From Candidatus Eiseniibacteriota bacterium (GTDB lineage: Bacteria; Eisenbacteria; RBG-16-71-46; DASYSL01): a stretch of DNA of 64,000 nt. The position numbers and the translations under genes are program-made. The DNA is taken from positions 4,901 to 68,900 of the forward strand of contig JANPEF010000082.1 in assembly GCA_031431875.1 (NCBI GenBank), given 5' to 3'. Shown here piece by piece: positions 55,301 through 62,574 of the stretch. The notes under the pieces were generated by a model, which was not told the DNA's origin, made no database searches, and saw only the letters and a list, made by a program, of their open reading frames with translations. Positions within the stretch are counted from its first letter, which is position 1. The number at the start of each line of letters is the position of its first letter.

Positions 55301-55951
55301 AACCTGCTCGGGATCGGCATCAACACCGCCTACGACTTCCTGCACGAGGCCAACGGCCGGGAGACGCCATGGCAGCCGATTCTGACCACGGTGCGCGTCC
55401 AGCCACCGAACTACATCAGCGGCGACCTGTCCCTGCGCCATGATCCCGCGGTGGACAAGCTGCTGCGCAACGCTTCGGCTTCGCTGTCGTTGCGCTTCGC
55501 CGGCGGGGGGCGTCCACCGGCGGTCGCCGAGATCCCGCTGGCCGGGAACGAGGCGCAGACTCGCGGCCCGCGCGACCAACTCGTGCCGTGGAGCCTGTCG
55601 ACCTCGATCAGTTACGGGGGCAGCCGGAACGTCCTCGAGAACTGGCAGCACAGCGAGTCGGCCAACCTCGTGGCCGAGATCCAGCCCACCGCCAACTGGA
55701 CGGTGCACTACTACAACCAGATCGATCTCAACGAGCGGCGGATCGTGGCCCAGGAGTGGTCGGTCACGCGCACGCTCCATTGCTGGCAGGCGCAATTCGT
55801 GCGGCGGTTCTCGGGGGGAACGGCCGATTACTACTTCAAGATCGGGATCCTCGACCGCCCCGAGATCTTCCTCGACCGCGGCACCGCCGGGCTGGGGACG
55901 ATCGGCGGCCTGGGCTCGCTGGGTGGGATCGGGTCCTCGCTGGTGCCCTGA
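52292..55951 (+). CDS. lptD: LPS-assembly protein LptD-like, with an extended multi-OstA/LptA N-terminus
   Basis: Signal peptide after GGAGG; repeated OstA beta-jellyroll segments; STC....PHY, P...LPF..FP....R.SGLL.P, GYY, L.CW, YYFKI. Confidence 0.85.
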   Translation: MLLRRTVAFAISVLLAAIAAVVPVEGQVAPPASAPAAPAPVDSARAIADTTAALRDSAAVSRDTTLPPATAPPVRSIITQPRRGSSPYNVVADRLEGGRTALEGEVIMLIGNVTLSRDGTVVKSQTGRYVKREGTIYLTGGVDAVDGGTRVTALQAAYNEATDFLTLMGQVVVRDKDLVLESDQGSYDQSRGRAELWSRVRGRDRTRTLTADRVTYLRDEQVAQARGRVVARDSTEGLTLTGEAIDYDRRREFALATARPTLVQAGKNGKGATTLVGDTITVATPERIATAAGSVVITRDSLRAEAGRMVYYDREERGVLTGEPRAWTDEVDVRGDSLEIFTRDQGIDRLLVLANGRIEYHADSGADAGGRSLLTAQRMDVWFDAADDGIDSLYATGEAANEFTGKPLPDRLSESNRTTGDLVRLYFDGKDLQEAIVTGKAAGTYRAELAASDTAGARANAVEYEADRIVFEVPKNRIRLEQNAVLRYEQIALRAPEVLFDVKQQVLEARGNPQLEDRGDTLRGTSLAYDLETRRGTVFGARTRYQTGWYAGDKIRRLGDDVIDVGGARYSTCNLDDPHYAFRSDRMKIYLKDKIIARPVLFTLKHVPLLALPFYVFPIRQERTSGLLVPQIQFGFGDATGGYIRNAGYYFAPNDYTDFTVSGDWYPQVPSWVLRGEARYKSLYKFEGQMQGSIGRSFYTTEERNWDFRAQHAQTINDATSLTARANFTSSADYTRDPLTGLPLANRIDRFLTSNLTLSHRRPWASINLVLSRQEDLDTNPISSPLPKLQEQLPSLSIVLPSRTLGHKPGATGGAGFLPFLSTTYLGFNARFLNDRTVSTFLRRDESGAIAVFDTSVARRAYQHVVTLNDNRRLGFVNFGPTFRWTEVVYQYDATGKSPSAGGTWAAGAGASMTLYGTSHGGLGPITSIRHVFQPIFSYSFQPQFSRLRVQVPTSDTTFATVDRFPPFGGIGLSGTRQSFLSVNLVNRFEAKVRTEKGERVLSNLLGIGINTAYDFLHEANGRETPWQPILTTVRVQPPNYISGDLSLRHDPAVDKLLRNASASLSLRFAGGGRPPAVAEIPLAGNEAQTRGPRDQLVPWSLSTSISYGGSRNVLENWQHSESANLVAEIQPTANWTVHYYNQIDLNERRIVAQEWSVTRTLHCWQAQFVRRFSGGTADYYFKIGILDRPEIFLDRGTAGLGTIGGLGSLGGIGSSLVP

Positions 55952-56024
55952 GCCGACCGCCGAGGCCTCCCGTCCGCAAGTTGCAAAGCCTTGCCCGCGC
56001 GCCGCTTGGGGCGGGGGGTGCCGC

Positions 56025-56054
56025 TTGACCGGGGATTTCCCCGGCCCGTACACT
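56025..56054 (+). promoter_or_regulatory. Sigma70-type promoter of the selenoprotein gene
   Basis: TTGACC-N18-TACACT; AGGAGG RBS at 56096-56101. Confidence 0.6.
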
Positions 56055-56107
56055 CGATCCATTCGCCGTACCCGCCGGGGGGTCCCCCGGCTCACAGGAG
56101 GAACTTC

Positions 56108-57460
56108 ATGTCTGTTTCGACGCTGCGCTCGCGGGCGCTCCTGCTCGTGTTCGTGTCCCTCGTCGTCCTTGGCTGGACGGCGTCGGGCGCGCGCACGCAA
56201 GGGAAGCTGACGGGCAAGGTGCTTCCGGTCATCAGCACGTCTGATGTGATCGGTTACACCGCGCCCTGCGGCTGACACACGCCCAAGGGTGGGCTGGCCC
56301 GGCGGGCCAGTTTGATCGACAGCACGAGGATCAAGTTCGGCGATGCGGTCGTCGTCGACGCAGGCGACTGGGCTCCGGACTTCACCAAGCCCAACGAGGC
56401 TCCCAAGCTCCAGTTCCTGCTCGAGATGGCGAACCTCATGAACTACGACGCCCTCGGTGTGGGCGAGCGGGAGCTTGCGTTCGGCCTGCCGACGATCCTC
56501 GAGTTGGCCGCGAAGTCGAAGTCGCCGTTGATTTCGTCGAACCTGATCGACAAGAAGACGGGCAAGCCCGTGTTCAAGACGTCGGTCATCGTCAAGAAGG
56601 GCGGCATCAAGGTCGGCATCTTCGCGGTCCTCGGACCGAAGATCGATCTGCCGGGCAACTCCGGCGAGCTGGTCACGGTCGATGATCCGATCGCGACCGC
56701 GCAGGCCATGGTCGCCGAGTTGCGCAAGCAGGTCGACGTCATCGTCTGCCTCGCGCACCTGGGCCGCGTCGAAGGCGAGGATCTCGCCGCGCAGGTGCCG
56801 GGGATGGATGTCGTGATTCTCGCGCACCACCCGGGCTTCGTCGCCCAGGGCCGGCGCGTCAACGCGGCGATCACGGTCGCCAGCGGTGAGCAGGGCCAGA
56901 ACGTCGGCTTCACGCAGGTGACGCTCGAAGGCAAGAAGGTGATGGACCTCACCTCGGAGACGAAGATCCTGATGCCCGAGATTGGCGACCGCGGCGACAT
57001 CGCGCGGATGGTCAAGGAGTTCGACGACAAGCTGAACGAGGAACAGCGCAAGGCGCAGCAGACGCAGACGCTGCAGAACTCGTCGACGGCGCCCGGGTCG
57101 GATCAGTACCTGGGCAGCGAGAATTGCATGAGCTGCCACCCGGCGCAGTACGAGCAGTGGAAGACGACGCAGCACGCGCACGCCTTCGCCACGCTCGAGC
57201 GGACGCAGAAGGATGCGACGCCCGAGTGCGTCCAGTGCCACGTGGTCGGCTTTGGCCGGCCGGGCGGGTACGAGAACGCGTCGAAGTCGGCGAAGCTCAA
57301 GAACGTCGGTTGCGAGTCGTGCCATGGCTACGGCACGCAGCACGACATGTTCGCGAAGACCGGCGGCAAGGTGGCCGAAGCCGTCTGCCTGACCTGCCAC
57401 ACCCCGGCGAACGACGCGGGCTGGAACTACGCGGCGAAGTTGCCGCGCGTCTCGCACTAG
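56108..57460 (+). CDS. Exported selenoprotein candidate: UshA-like domain with C-G-U motif fused to a tetraheme c-type cytochrome (450 aa, Sec56)
   Basis: The ORFs ending at 56275 and starting at 56312 are in frame across one TGA (56273-56275): ...GYTAPCG-U-HTPKGGLARR...DAGD. A hairpin follows. Heme motifs CMSCH, CVQCH, CESCH, CLTCH. Confidence 0.88.
56291..56313 (+). promoter_or_regulatory. Putative bacterial SECIS element
   Basis: ggg-CTGGCCC-ggc-GGGCCAG-ttt stem-loop; the G-led apical loop starts 25 nt after the UGA. Confidence 0.7.
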
Positions 57461-57601
57461 GCGGCGGCGGGGGGCCGGGAGCGGCCCAGGGAAGGTAGCG
57501 TGCGACGCGGGCGCGGTGGTACCCTTGGCGGGTACCGCGCGCCCGCGCGGCGTTACGCCGCGGGACCCGCCTCCCCCGACTCCCTCACGCCGGAAGCGCA
57601 C

Positions 57602-58990
57602 ATGCCCCTGCAGCCCGATGGAATGACCTATTTCGAGGACATCATCCAGTCGGTCGGCAACACGCCGCTCGTCCGCCTGAACAAGATGACCAAGGGCCTC
57701 CAGGCCACCGTCCTCGCCAAGGTCGAATCGTTCAATCCCGGCGGCAGCTCGAAGGACCGGATCGGTCTCTCCATGATCCGCGCCGCCGAGGCCGACGGGA
57801 AGCTCAAGCCCGGCGGCACGATCGTCGAGTGCACCTCGGGGAACACGGGCGTCGGCCTGGCCATGGCGGCGGTCGTGCTGGGCTACAAGACCGTGTTCTG
57901 CATGCCGGACAAGGTGGCGACCGAGAAGATCAACCTCCTCAAGGCCTACGGCGCCGAGGTGGTCGTCTGCCCCACCGCAGTCTCGCCCGACTCGCCCGAG
58001 TCGTACTACCAGGTCGCTCGCCGCATCGAACGCGAGCGGCCGAATGCGTTCCTCACCAACCAGTACGACAATCCGGCGAACCCGGCGGCGCACTACCGGA
58101 CGACGGGCCCCGAACTGTGGGAGCAGACCGCGGGCAAGATCGACGTGTTCGTCACCTCGATCGGCACCGGTGGCACGATCAGCGGCACCGCGAAGTACCT
58201 GAAGGAGAAGAACCCGAAGGTCCGCATCGTCGGCGCCGACCCGATCGGCTCGATCCTCCACCAGTGGTTCCACACCCGCACCATGGGCGAGGCGCACACG
58301 TACAAGGTCGAGGGCATCGGCGAGGACTTCCTGCCCGAGGCCTACGACTGGAGCGTGATCGACGACGTCGTGCAGGTGAACGACAAGGACTCGCTGAACA
58401 CGGCGCGCCGCCTCGCCCGCGAGGAGGGCATCCTGGTCGGCGGCTCGTGCGGCACCGCGCTGCACGCCGGGCTGCTCGAGGCGAAGAAGATGAAGCAGGG
58501 CGGCGTGATCGTCGTCATGCTGCCCGACACCGGCGAGCGCTACCTGTCGAAGGTGCACAGCGACGAGTGGATGCGCGACAACCACATGCTCGATCCGGCC
58601 GAGACGCGTGTCGCCGACCTCGTCTTCGGCAAGTCGGCCGGCGGGAAGGCACTGCTGTCGGTCGCGCCGGGCGACCTCGTGCGGAAGGCGCTCGACCTCG
58701 TCCGCGCCTACGACGTGTCGCAGCTCCCGGTCCTCGAGGGCGAGGCTTCCGTCGGCACCGTGTACGACGCGGAGATCATGAAGCGCGTGCTCGACGACCC
58801 GACGGTACTCGGCCGCACGGTGCGCGAGATCATGGACCCGCCGCTGCCGGTGATCGGCGCGCAGGAACCAGTGACGCGCGTGGCGCAACTCCTCAAGCAG
58901 AAGCACGCGGCGGTGCTCGTCTCCGCCAACGGGGGAGGACCCAGCGGAATCCTCACCCGTCTCGATGTCATCTCGCTGATCGCGGAGTGA
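57602..58990 (+). CDS. Cystathionine beta-synthase (PLP) with C-terminal CBS domains
   Basis: NPGGSSKDR, TSGNTG, GTGGT, EGIG, PDTGERYLSK, CBS pair (SQLPV, GILTR.D). Alternative starts nearby, e.g. 57623. Confidence 0.92.
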   Translation: MPLQPDGMTYFEDIIQSVGNTPLVRLNKMTKGLQATVLAKVESFNPGGSSKDRIGLSMIRAAEADGKLKPGGTIVECTSGNTGVGLAMAAVVLGYKTVFCMPDKVATEKINLLKAYGAEVVVCPTAVSPDSPESYYQVARRIERERPNAFLTNQYDNPANPAAHYRTTGPELWEQTAGKIDVFVTSIGTGGTISGTAKYLKEKNPKVRIVGADPIGSILHQWFHTRTMGEAHTYKVEGIGEDFLPEAYDWSVIDDVVQVNDKDSLNTARRLAREEGILVGGSCGTALHAGLLEAKKMKQGGVIVVMLPDTGERYLSKVHSDEWMRDNHMLDPAETRVADLVFGKSAGGKALLSVAPGDLVRKALDLVRAYDVSQLPVLEGEASVGTVYDAEIMKRVLDDPTVLGRTVREIMDPPLPVIGAQEPVTRVAQLLKQKHAAVLVSANGGGPSGILTRLDVISLIAE

Positions 58991-58992
58991 GC

Positions 58993-60186
58993 ATGGTGCG
59001 CATCGACGCGAAATCCGGCCTCGGCACCCGCGCGATCCACGCGGGCAACGCCCCCGACCCGCGCACGGGCGCGGTCGCGGTGCCGGTGTACCAGACCTCG
59101 ACCTACGCGCAGGACGGATTCGGCAAGCACAAGGGCTACGAATACGCGCGCTCGCAGAACCCCACGCGCGAGGCGCTCGAGGAGAACCTGGCGTCGCTCG
59201 AGAGCGGCGCGCACGGCTTCGCCTTCGCCTCGGGCCTCGCCGCGACGACGACCCTGCTGCACCTGCTCAAGGCCGGGGACCACGTCGTGGCCTCGAACAA
59301 CATGTATGGGGGCACGTTCCGCCTGTTCGACCAGGTGTTCGCCCACCTCGGCATGCGCTTCTCCTACGTGAACACGGCCGACCTGGCCGCGGTCGAGGCG
59401 GCGATCGAGCCGGCGACGAAGCTCATCTACATCGAGACGCCGACCAATCCGTTGCTCACCATCACGGACCTCGCGGGCATCGCGGCGATCGCCCAGCGGC
59501 ACGAACTGCTCACCGCGTGCGACAACACGTTCGCCACGCCGATGCTGCAGCGGCCGATCGAGTTCGGCTTCGACATCGTGCTCCACTCGACGACCAAGTA
59601 CCTGAACGGGCACAGCGACATGGTCGGCGGCGCACTGGTCGTCAAGCGCGACGACCTGGCGACCCGCCTGCGCTTCCTGCAGAACGCGGTGGGGGCGGTG
59701 CCCGGTCCGTGGGACTGCTGGCTCGCGCTGCGCGGCATCAAGACGCTGCCCCTGCGCATGGAGCGCCACGAGAAGAATGCCGGCGACCTCGCCGTGTGGC
59801 TCGCCGGCCAGGCGACGGGACCGCGCGGGCCGAAGGTGATCTATCCCGGCCTGCCCGATCATCCCGGGCATGCGCTGGCCAGGAAGCAGATGGCGGGGTT
59901 CGGCGGGATCATCTCGCTCGAGGTCCCCGATCTCGAGACCGGCCAGCGATTCTGCGAGGCGCTCACCCTGTTCACGCTCGGCGAATCGCTCGGCGGCGTC
60001 GAGTCGCTGGTGACGCATCCGGCGAGCATGACGCACGCCTCGGTGCCCAGGGCTCAGCGCGAGGCCACGGGCTTCACCGATGGCCTGGTCCGGCTCTCGG
60101 TCGGCTGCGAGGACGTTGACGACCTGCGGGCGGACCTGGAACGCGGGCTGGCGGCCTCCTCGGCAGCCGTGGCGGCGGCTCGCTAA
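58993..60186 (+). CDS. Cystathionine gamma-lyase/synthase
   Basis: YQTSTY, Y.R..NPTR, YGGT, ETPTNP, DNTF, HSTTKYLNGHSD, SLGGVESL, RLSVG.E. Confidence 0.94.
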   Translation: MVRIDAKSGLGTRAIHAGNAPDPRTGAVAVPVYQTSTYAQDGFGKHKGYEYARSQNPTREALEENLASLESGAHGFAFASGLAATTTLLHLLKAGDHVVASNNMYGGTFRLFDQVFAHLGMRFSYVNTADLAAVEAAIEPATKLIYIETPTNPLLTITDLAGIAAIAQRHELLTACDNTFATPMLQRPIEFGFDIVLHSTTKYLNGHSDMVGGALVVKRDDLATRLRFLQNAVGAVPGPWDCWLALRGIKTLPLRMERHEKNAGDLAVWLAGQATGPRGPKVIYPGLPDHPGHALARKQMAGFGGIISLEVPDLETGQRFCEALTLFTLGESLGGVESLVTHPASMTHASVPRAQREATGFTDGLVRLSVGCEDVDDLRADLERGLAASSAAVAAAR

Positions 60187-60299
60187 GGCCGATTCCAATC
60201 TCATAAAATCTTATGCTGCAGTTGTTTGCGCGACTCACTCCGTCCATGTAAAGCGAACAGATCGCCCTTCGGGCGGGGATGGACCGGTGGACAAATCGC

Positions 60300-60328
60300 T
60301 TGACACCCCCCCGGCCCGAACGTACGTT
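60300..60328 (+). promoter_or_regulatory. Sigma70-type promoter
   Basis: TTGACA-N17-TACGTT. Confidence 0.6.
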
Positions 60329-60585
60329 TCGCCGGATACGTCGCCTGGGGTGGGTCCCAACCTGTCAAGCACCCGGCTTCCCACACCTGCTACCAATCGG
60401 ACCCGCGTCCACCTGGCGAAGGGTCATGCGAGTGCCGCGTTTCGCGGTGAGCTTGCACCCTCTCCGCCTGACGCGTGGCGACACCCCGGATACGGAACCG
60501 GAAGTTGCGGTCCGGGCAACGAGACTTTAGTTCCGACATGACCTCGCTCCGGCGCGGGCCATGGCGAAGGAGGTGAAAGCAGAGG

Positions 60586-60786
60586 ATGCGGAAGCTTATC
60601 GCGCTTGCGGCGGTTGCAGTGTTCGCTCTCACGCTCTCGCTGGGTACGATCGGTTGCGCTCCGAAGGCTGAGGAAACTCCGGCCCCGGAGACGACGACGA
60701 CGACGACCACGACCGAGACGGTGACGGAGACGGTGCCGATGGACAGCACCATGATGGCGGATACGACCACGACGACCACGCACTAA
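60586..60786 (+). CDS. Small Thr/Glu-rich lipoprotein (66 aa)
   Basis: AAGGAGGTGA RBS; MRK plus hydrophobic stretch plus TIGC lipobox; own terminator. Confidence 0.85.
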   Translation: MRKLIALAAVAVFALTLSLGTIGCAPKAEETPAPETTTTTTTTETVTETVPMDSTMMADTTTTTTH

Positions 60787-60821
60787 TCGCGCGCGCGTTC
60801 CGCGCCGCTGCGATCCGTACG

Positions 60822-60852
60822 GAGAGAGGGCCCGCAAGGGCCCTCTTTCTTT
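60822..60852 (+). terminator. Rho-independent terminator
   Basis: AGAGGGCCC-gcaa-GGGCCCTCT followed by TTCTTT. Confidence 0.85.
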
Positions 60853-60886
60853 CCCCCGCTTCGCCCTCTGCAGCCCGGAGTTCCCC

Positions 60887-61381
60887 ATGGCCGACGACTT
60901 CTCGTTCGACATCGTCTCCGAAGTCGACTGGATGGAAGTGCAGAACGCGGTCCAGCAGGCGGTGAAGGAGATCACCACCCGGTTCGACTTCAAGGGCAGC
61001 GCCGCCGAGATCAGGGCCGAGGGCAAGGACGCGCTGGTCCTCATCGCCGACGACGATCTCAAGATGAGGAACGTGCGCGAGATCCTCGACGGCAAGCTGG
61101 TCAAGCGGGGCGTCTCGCTCAAATCGATCGAGGAGGGGCCGATCGAGCCCGCCGCCAAGGGCACGCTGCGCCGCACGCTCAAGCTCAAGAGCGGGCTCGA
61201 GTCCGAGCAGGCCAAGGAGATCACGAAGTTCATCAAGGGCCTGGGATTCAAGGTGCAGTCCACGATCCAGGGCGAGCAGGTCCGCGTCTCCGGCAAGAAG
61301 AAGGACGAGCTGCAGGCGGTCATGGCGGCCGTCAAGGCCCACGACTGGCCCCGCGCCCTCCAGTTTCAGAACTACCGGTAG
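60887..61381 (+). CDS. yajQ: YajQ family nucleotide/c-di-GMP-binding protein
   Basis: SFDIVSEVD..EV.NA, RFDFKG, AK.I.K.IK, IQGEQVRV.GKKKD.LQ, LQF.NYR. Confidence 0.96.
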   Translation: MADDFSFDIVSEVDWMEVQNAVQQAVKEITTRFDFKGSAAEIRAEGKDALVLIADDDLKMRNVREILDGKLVKRGVSLKSIEEGPIEPAAKGTLRRTLKLKSGLESEQAKEITKFIKGLGFKVQSTIQGEQVRVSGKKKDELQAVMAAVKAHDWPRALQFQNYR

Positions 61382-61476
61382 GGCCACCTCCGCCTCCGCC
61401 CAGGAGGCAACCCGGGCGCCCATCCCGCCGTAGGAGGGGCACGTTCGAGTCCCGTCCCACGCCCTCGGAGGCCGTC

Positions 61477-62574
61477 ATGTCCCACCGCACAGGGTTTGCC
61501 GCCCTCCTTGCCCCGTTCCCCCTGCTGGCTCTCGCCGCCCTCCTGGCCGCCGGCTGCAATGACCGCCGGGGAGTCGTGCGTGAGGACCGCACCGCCAGCG
61601 CCGTCGCCCTGGGTTCCTCGGCCGTCGTGCGCATCGAGACCCGCTCCGCCGACGTCCATCTGATCGCCAGTCCCGACGACACCGTCCGCGTGGTCACCGC
61701 GCGCCGCGTCGAGGGTTCGACCCAGCAGAACGCCGACGCCCTCTTCGCCCAGATCAAGGTCACCATGGAGCGTCAGGGTGACGTCCTCGTGCTGCGCGTG
61801 CGCGAGCCGGAGCGGCGGCGCACCCGGGTCAACGTCGATGCCGGCCCGTGGCGGATCCGCCGCTCGGTCGAGGTCGAGTTGACCATCGCCGTCCCCGCCC
61901 GCGCCCGCCTCGAGTGCGAGACCGCGCGCGGCGACTTCGACGCCACCGGCCTTCCCCAGCAGGCCGGCTTCGTGTCCAACACCGGCGACGTCGAGCTCAT
62001 GCAGATGAGCGGCCGCGCCAGCGTGCAGACCACCTCGGGCGACGTCACCCTCCGCGAGTGCGACGGCCCCGCGGTCGTTCGCGTCACCTCGGGCGACGTG
62101 GACGCGAACGACCTGCGCGGCGGATTGATCGTGCGCGCGACGAGCGGCGACGTGAACGCCGCCCGGGTGCGCGGCGGCGCCCGGATCGAGACCTCGACCG
62201 GCGACGTCGAGGCGCAGGACCTGGTGGGTTCGGTGTTCGTGTCGACCAGCGCCGGCAATGTCTCGCTCTCCGCCAACGCCGACTCGTGTGCGATCGAGAC
62301 CGCTTCGGGCGACGTCAGCGCGAGCCTGTCGGGCGCGCCATACTTCGTGCAGGTGCGGACCTCGGCCGGGCAGGTCGACCTCGCGATCCCGGAGCGCACG
62401 GGCGGCACGCTCGACCTGCAGACCTCGAGCGGCGCGATCGCTGTGCGCAACGAGGTCGCCGTCGACACCATGAGCCGCAATCGCCTCACCGGCCGCCTCG
62501 GCGGCGCGGGCTCCATCGCCGTGCGGACTTCGTCCGGCGACATCACGCTGTCCTCGGAGGGAGTGACCCCATGA
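61477..62574 (+). CDS. DUF4097-like beta-repeat lipoprotein (putative adhesin)
   Basis: Lipobox LAAGC; many 'T.SGDV' repeats. Confidence 0.85.
   Translation: MSHRTGFAALLAPFPLLALAALLAAGCNDRRGVVREDRTASAVALGSSAVVRIETRSADVHLIASPDDTVRVVTARRVEGSTQQNADALFAQIKVTMERQGDVLVLRVREPERRRTRVNVDAGPWRIRRSVEVELTIAVPARARLECETARGDFDATGLPQQAGFVSNTGDVELMQMSGRASVQTTSGDVTLRECDGPAVVRVTSGDVDANDLRGGLIVRATSGDVNAARVRGGARIETSTGDVEAQDLVGSVFVSTSAGNVSLSANADSCAIETASGDVSASLSGAPYFVQVRTSAGQVDLAIPERTGGTLDLQTSSGAIAVRNEVAVDTMSRNRLTGRLGGAGSIAVRTSSGDITLSSEGVTP

Noticed and set aside
55991-57460. Two separate genes (94 aa and 382 aa) or a nonsense pseudogene
   Set aside because: A single in-frame TGA in a C-G-x motif, a downstream hairpin and a signal peptide only on the first part fit Sec recoding better.
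52472-58906. 2144-aa minus-strand ORF and other long antisense ORFs (27324-30968, 9895-12555, 12679-15006, 41949-44204)
   Set aside because: They are shadows of well-supported plus-strand genes in high-GC DNA, with no recognisable motifs.
61382-61470. tRNA suggested by GTTCGAGTCCC
   Set aside because: The flanks do not form a T-stem, and no acceptor or anticodon arms can be built.
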